Below, one piece after another: positions 59,590-64,000 of a stretch of DNA of 64,000 bases (positions are counted from its first letter, which is position 1; each line of letters opens with the position of its first letter). This DNA comes from Gammaproteobacteria bacterium (GTDB taxonomy: Bacteria; Pseudomonadota; Gammaproteobacteria; UBA4575). Position numbers and translations under genes: made by a program. The stretch covers positions 20-64,019 of the forward strand of contig JBGCFN010000019.1 of assembly GCA_045106935.1 (NCBI GenBank). The letters run 5' to 3'. The notes beneath the pieces were generated by a model. It worked only from the letters and a program-made list of their open reading frames with translations. It had not been told where the DNA came from and searched no databases.

Positions 59590-60529
59590 GATTTGCTTTA
59601 TCCTCAGATGTGGTCTGTAACGCATAATTGTTCTTGAACAACGTTTCTAAATCTTGTCGTACTTGTGTCATTTCATATAACTGAAAGCCTGCTTCAATAA
59701 TCTTATGGCTGACTATGTGCGTATCTGACATATCAACATCAAGTAAATAGTGATATTTATTTTCTTTCTGTGATTGTAATGTAATGTCATGAACGTTATT
59801 CAGGTCAGCAAATAATGTTTTCATGCGTTGTTCATTTTGATCAACAGTGATCAGTAACCCTTTAGGTTGATCAAGTTGATCGAGCCTTGAATCTGTTGCT
59901 ATTTTTCCTGAACGGACAATAATGACACGATCACATAGCGCTTGAACTTCTTGCAATATATGTGTTGAAAGGATAACTGTCGACGTTTCTGCGAGCTCTT
60001 TGATTAATACACGCATATTTAATGTCTGGGTAGGGTCTAAGCCATTGGTGGGTTCATCTAAGATGATTATTTCTGGCTGATTGAGTATTGCATTCGCAAC
60101 ACCGACTCTCTGTCGATAGCCTTTTGATAAGGTGCCAATGGGTTGATTCGCTTTTTCATTTAAATTTGTCCGTTGTATAACCTGATACACATGGTCGTCT
60201 ATTTCATCTTTACGTATGTCTTTTAGAGAGGCTTGGTATAACAAAAATTCGACAATGGACATATCAGGCCATAGTGGGCAGTTCTCGGGTAAATACCCCA
60301 TTTTTGATTGAATTAATCGTAAATTACTATCTTGGTTAGAGCCATCAACAAATATTTGCCCATAGGTGGGTTCTAAATAACCCGTCAATAGTTTCATGAT
60401 CGTTGTTTTGCCAGCACCGTTATGTCCAAGCAAGCCAACTATCTCACCATTGCCTATAGAAAAAGAAACATCATCAACCGCTTTATGGTCATGAAATTGT
60501 CTTGTGACGTGTTCAAATTGAATCAACAT
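59579..60529 (-). CDS. ABC transporter ATP-binding protein (GldA-like)
   Basis: Walker A (GHNGAGKTT), signature (LSKGYRQRVGVA) and Walker B (ILDEPTNGLD). Confidence 0.85.
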   Translation of the reverse strand: MLIQFEHVTRQFHDHKAVDDVSFSIGNGEIVGLLGHNGAGKTTIMKLLTGYLEPTYGQIFVDGSNQDSNLRLIQSKMGYLPENCPLWPDMSIVEFLLYQASLKDIRKDEIDDHVYQVIQRTNLNEKANQPIGTLSKGYRQRVGVANAILNQPEIIILDEPTNGLDPTQTLNMRVLIKELAETSTVILSTHILQEVQALCDRVIIVRSGKIATDSRLDQLDQPKGLLITVDQNEQRMKTLFADLNNVHDITLQSQKENKYHYLLDVDMSDTHIVSHKIIEAGFQLYEMTQVRQDLETLFKNNYALQTTSEDKANHVA

Positions 60530-60964
60530 AAAATTTCGCTATACGTTGCCAGCTTAAGTAAGAATATATCGACTATATAGTTCGAATATATCGCGCAATA
60601 TTGAGCGTTATAAAATATAAATTCTAACTAAATCAAATGAATTTGCAATTAATCTAATAACATTCACTGTCAGGTTTAACTGATGTTTAAGATATAAAAT
60701 TACGATTTGTCGAATTAACAATGATTGGATTATCATATTTGTATGTTTATTAATACTAACAATAGAATCCTAAGTGCTTATTCACGAATAGAAACTCGTA
60801 AAATAGTTAATAATCATTTACGTGTCTCGAGTGTTAATCATTCATATAAACCAATCTTTGATAAGCGTCGGCAGACTGATATTGAGTCGCTGTTGCTAAG
60901 CCAAATGATGAGGGTAAACTTAAAATAGATAAGCACTAACAGTTTATAATTTACCCTGATGCAT

Positions 60965-61168
60965 CTAGGAGATTGTGCCAAGCATTGGCATATATGCTTT
61001 ATCTAGTTCAAGCTTCAACGTGGCAATCTCGGCTTTTAACTCTACGTGTCTTAGTTTTACTTCAATACACTTGTTATTTGATTCAAGAGATTCATTGAAA
61101 TATTTCAGATACATCGATTTATAATGATTTAGTTGTTGATCTAAGGGGGGAGGCTTCTGTTCTTTCAT
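60965..61168 (-). CDS. small coiled-coil ORF (67 aa)
   Basis: ORF in a ~1.1 kb gene-poor spacer. A second 50-aa ORF (61174-61321, minus) lies directly upstream. Coding status is uncertain. Confidence 0.3.
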   Translation of the reverse strand: MKEQKPPPLDQQLNHYKSMYLKYFNESLESNNKCIEVKLRHVELKAEIATLKLELDKAYMPMLGTIS

Positions 61169-61681
61169 GGTGATTACTCTAATTCATTATCTTGATTGTT
61201 TTTATTATCCCGCAGTCTTTCTCTATACTTTTCTCTAGCATCTTTCTGAAGATCTTCTATTTCGTCTGTCTCAGCAATAATTTCTCTGTCTAAACGACAT
61301 TCCACTTTTATCAAAGTGAGAAACATATCAACAGACATAATAACGGAGATGTAGCAATGTTAAAAGGTGAGCTTTGGGAAGGGAATGAAAATGCTGGTTT
61401 AGTACATAGCTTGCCACATGTGCCTGTAGATGGTTCGAGACTATTACTAACTTTGGATTTTCTTAGTTAATCAGTAATATTACATTTTTTGACTTCTTAA
61501 TATTGCCTATTCGAATACTAAGGAACTATAGTAGAATGAAATAGAAAAAGTCATTACTCATAATGACTTAGTTGTCATAGAGCAGCGTGTAACAAAAATT
61601 TCATATAACAGTAAAATCCATACAACAATTTAGACATAAAGTATGACTCTTAATGAATATTGAATTAGTGAGGAGAGTTCT

Positions 61682-63595
61682 ATGTCTAAAGAAGTAAAAC
61701 AAGATCTAAGTGATAATGTCATTTGTAATGAGTCTGACAATTTGCCATTTGCCAAGATTTTAGAAATCCATTTATCAAGACGTAATATATTAAAAGGTGG
61801 TTTAGGTGCGGCATCAACTGCTTTTTTTGCAACAGGATCTGTTGCAGCGCTTGCGGGTGCTCGTGAAGCTAAAGTTGGTTTTACGCCAGTCACGATTGCT
61901 GAAGGAACAGGCCCATGGCCAAGCATTGCACGTGAATATGATTGGGATGTACTCATTCCCTGGGGTGAACCACTAGAGCCAGGTGGCCCAAAATATAATT
62001 ATCCACCCAACGCTGCCGATCAAGCTAAGCAAATAGGTATTGGTCATGATGGTATGCATTTTTTCCCAATAAAAGATTCAAATAAGCCACGTTGTGGTTG
62101 GAATGATGATGACGACTGGGATGATGATCTTGACTGGAGTCAAAATACAACGAAAAGTGCATATCGACGTGGAAACAGAAATGGCGTGTTATGTATTAAT
62201 CATGAATTTGGCATAACCTCACATGTGTTAGGTAAGCCGGCACCTGAGAGTCTTGAGGATGTGCGAGTGATGCAACATGCGCATGGCGTATCAGTTGTTG
62301 AACTTAAAAAACGTCAAGGACAATGGCGCCAAGTTAAGAGTGATTTTGCAAGACGTATACATGTTAATACACCTGTCGAGTTTAGTGGGCCAGTTGCAGA
62401 CTCAGACTTGCTTAAAACACCTAATGGCAACATTCCTTTGGGGACAGTCAACAACTGTGCCAATGGCTATACCCCTTGGGGAACTTACCTCACATGTGAA
62501 GAAAACTTTAATGGTTACTTTGGTGCCACGAATCAAGATAACACTTGGGTAGCAACACCAGAACAAGAACGTTATGGTTTTAGTGATGGTGGGTTTGGTT
62601 ATGCTTGGCACAACTTTGATAAACGTTTCGATTTATCAGATCCTGAATTTCAAAATGAAGAAAACCGTTTTGGATGGATTGTTGAAATTGATCCTGTCGA
62701 CGGCACATCAAAGCCTGTTAAACGTACTGCACTCGGCAGAGTAAAACATGAAGGCATTGCGCTGACAGTGGGCGCAGGCGGTCGTATTGTCGGTTATATG
62801 GGAGACGATCAACGCTTTGATTACATCTATAAATTTGTCTCAGATGGAAACTGGCGTCAAATGCGTCGTGAAGGTAAAAGCCCATTAGATCATGGAAAGC
62901 TTTACGCGGCTCGATTCAATGATGATGGCAGTGGTGATTGGTTAGAGCTGACAATAGATAATCCAACCATTGCACAACGTTTTAGCAGTCAAGCTGAAGT
63001 GCTTACTTATGCGCGTATAGCCGCAGATATTGTCGGTGCGACACCCATGGATAGGCCAGAATGGACAACCGTTGCGCCTAATGGCGTTGTGTATTGCACA
63101 TTAACTAATAACAGCCAACGTACAGAAGCTAATACGGCTAATCCATTAACGCCTAATGCTGATGGTCACATCATTCGTTGGAAAGATAGCAAAAAACATA
63201 CAGGGACTCGTTTCAAGTGGGATATCTATTTAATTGCCGAATCAACTCATGGTACTGAAGATACATTCAGTGACCCTGATGGATTATGGGTAGACCCTGA
63301 TGGGCGTTTGTTCATTCAAACAGATGGTGGGCAAAAAGATGGGTTAAATAACCAGATGTTAGTATCAGATATACGCACAGGTGATTTACGTCGTCTATTT
63401 ACTGGCGTCACCAGTGACGAGATTACGGGAATTACAACCACGCCTAATCGTAAAACCATGTTTGTTAATACACAACATCCAGGCAATGGTGATCCTACTC
63501 GAACAAACTTTCCTGCACCCTTTGACGGTGTCACCGTGCCACGAGATTCAACTATTGTGATCACTAAAAAAGATGGGGGAGTTATCGGGTCTTAA
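61682..63595 (+). CDS. phoX: PhoX-family alkaline phosphatase (DUF839) with twin-arginine signal
   Basis: SRRNILKGGLGAASTAFFATGSVAA Tat signal. Beta-propeller-like body with conserved Asp/Glu-rich motifs. RBS GAGGAG upstream. Confidence 0.85.
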   Translation: MSKEVKQDLSDNVICNESDNLPFAKILEIHLSRRNILKGGLGAASTAFFATGSVAALAGAREAKVGFTPVTIAEGTGPWPSIAREYDWDVLIPWGEPLEPGGPKYNYPPNAADQAKQIGIGHDGMHFFPIKDSNKPRCGWNDDDDWDDDLDWSQNTTKSAYRRGNRNGVLCINHEFGITSHVLGKPAPESLEDVRVMQHAHGVSVVELKKRQGQWRQVKSDFARRIHVNTPVEFSGPVADSDLLKTPNGNIPLGTVNNCANGYTPWGTYLTCEENFNGYFGATNQDNTWVATPEQERYGFSDGGFGYAWHNFDKRFDLSDPEFQNEENRFGWIVEIDPVDGTSKPVKRTALGRVKHEGIALTVGAGGRIVGYMGDDQRFDYIYKFVSDGNWRQMRREGKSPLDHGKLYAARFNDDGSGDWLELTIDNPTIAQRFSSQAEVLTYARIAADIVGATPMDRPEWTTVAPNGVVYCTLTNNSQRTEANTANPLTPNADGHIIRWKDSKKHTGTRFKWDIYLIAESTHGTEDTFSDPDGLWVDPDGRLFIQTDGGQKDGLNNQMLVSDIRTGDLRRLFTGVTSDEITGITTTPNRKTMFVNTQHPGNGDPTRTNFPAPFDGVTVPRDSTIVITKKDGGVIGS

Positions 63596-63667
63596 TTTTC
63601 TAGAAATATTGTCTGCCTGATTAATAAATGCCACATCACATTAATTGAGCAAAGAAATAATTTATGT

Positions 63668-63697
63668 GCCTCAAGGTATTAGTAGATTCCTTGAGGC
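63668..63697 (+). terminator. hairpin after phoX
   Basis: GCCTCAAGG-tattagtagatt-CCTTGAGGC is a perfect 9-bp stem, followed by a T-containing tract. Confidence 0.45.
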
Positions 63698-64000
63698 GAA
63701 TTGGTATTTATAACTAGAATAAATTCTGATCATAGTGAATTTGGTGGAGATTGTAATGTCATAAAATAGAGCTATCTAATTGAAATATAATAAGTTCTCG
63801 TATTTTATTAAACATTGTTTTCAATTTTTTTCCCTTAATGCTCTTGCTGTAAATATTCATTTGAATGCGTCTTTGTATATCATTTGTTAATGAGAATCAT
63901 TGCTATTTGTTTATGTATTTGTTATGAATTAGAGCATATAAAAAACACAAATGACTATGAGTAAATTAAGAGAAATAATTTTAGTAAGTGCTTTGTTGAC

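Noticed and set aside
60725-60928. 67-aa plus-strand ORF in the AT-rich spacer
   Set aside because: It has Ile/Asn-rich low-complexity composition typical of AT-rich non-coding DNA read in frame. There is no RBS and no recognisable motif.
61420-61440. GGTTCGAG string that superficially resembles a tRNA T-arm
   Set aside because: It has no flanking acceptor-stem complementarity and no D-arm or anticodon-arm structure. The surrounding sequence is AT-rich and unstructured.
1-64000. CRISPR arrays, IS elements, integrases and prophage blocks
   Set aside because: No regularly spaced direct repeats, no transposase or integrase-length ORFs, and no phage structural genes were seen. The only mobile-element trace is the 87-aa recombinase-domain fragment at 20015-20278.

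Overview
This window is an AT-rich chromosomal segment that looks gammaproteobacterial and probably marine or free-living. It is densely coding on both strands. I found no rRNA, tRNA, CRISPR array, transposase or intact prophage.

Gene order from start to end:
- 1-7.8 kb: an atypical TonB energy-transduction cluster. A coiled-coil protein, a 938-aa TPR lipoprotein, a second TPR lipoprotein and a small secreted protein precede ExbB, two ExbD paralogs and a long TonB, followed by a PDZ-domain membrane protein.
- 7.8-11.5 kb: Smr-domain protein, surE-pcm-yqaA-like-nlpD (with no rpoS following nlpD) and a convergent Mth938-like ORF.
- 11.6-18.1 kb: aminotransferase-hom-thrC, a TraB/GumN-family protein, a membrane protein and a beta carbonic anhydrase.
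- 18.4-25.5 kb: a nitrogen-scavenging island (formamidase fmdA, fmdB zinc-ribbon protein, urea/short-chain-amide ABC transporter urtABCDE). Sigma-54 type promoters and a recurring GTGCGTAAAT palindromic motif lie upstream. An orphan serine-recombinase domain ORF is wedged inside the island.
- 25.6-30.5 kb: a secreted Met-rich tandem-repeat protein, a receiver-only response regulator, an orphan Tat-signal family-1 solute-binding protein and a divergent periplasmic-sensing histidine kinase.
- 30.5-39.3 kb: rapA, a DUF2059 protein, an exported truncated haemoglobin, a long recQ, a methyltransferase, two small ORFs and a SPOR-domain protein.
- 39.4-50.3 kb: a periplasmic redox island. It holds a LuxR-led operon (cupin, 483-aa lipoprotein, enlarged di-haem cytochrome c peroxidase-family protein), two SKGG-motif hydrolase lipoproteins, a thioredoxin-like / cytochrome c / PHM-DBH-like copper monooxygenase fusion, DUF302, YegP and cytochrome b561.
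- 50.5-56.6 kb: class V aminotransferase, a Na+/H+ antiporter, a SOUL haem-binding protein, a short stand-alone BLUF photoreceptor and a periplasmic glutathione peroxidase.
- 56.8-63.6 kb: a GldA/GldF-GldG-like ABC exporter, a ~1.1 kb gene-poor spacer with two tiny coiled-coil ORFs, and a Tat-signal PhoX phosphatase.

The best candidates for undescribed systems are the Met-rich protein with its sensor module, the LuxR-cupin-lipoprotein-peroxidase operon, and the copper monooxygenase fusion.
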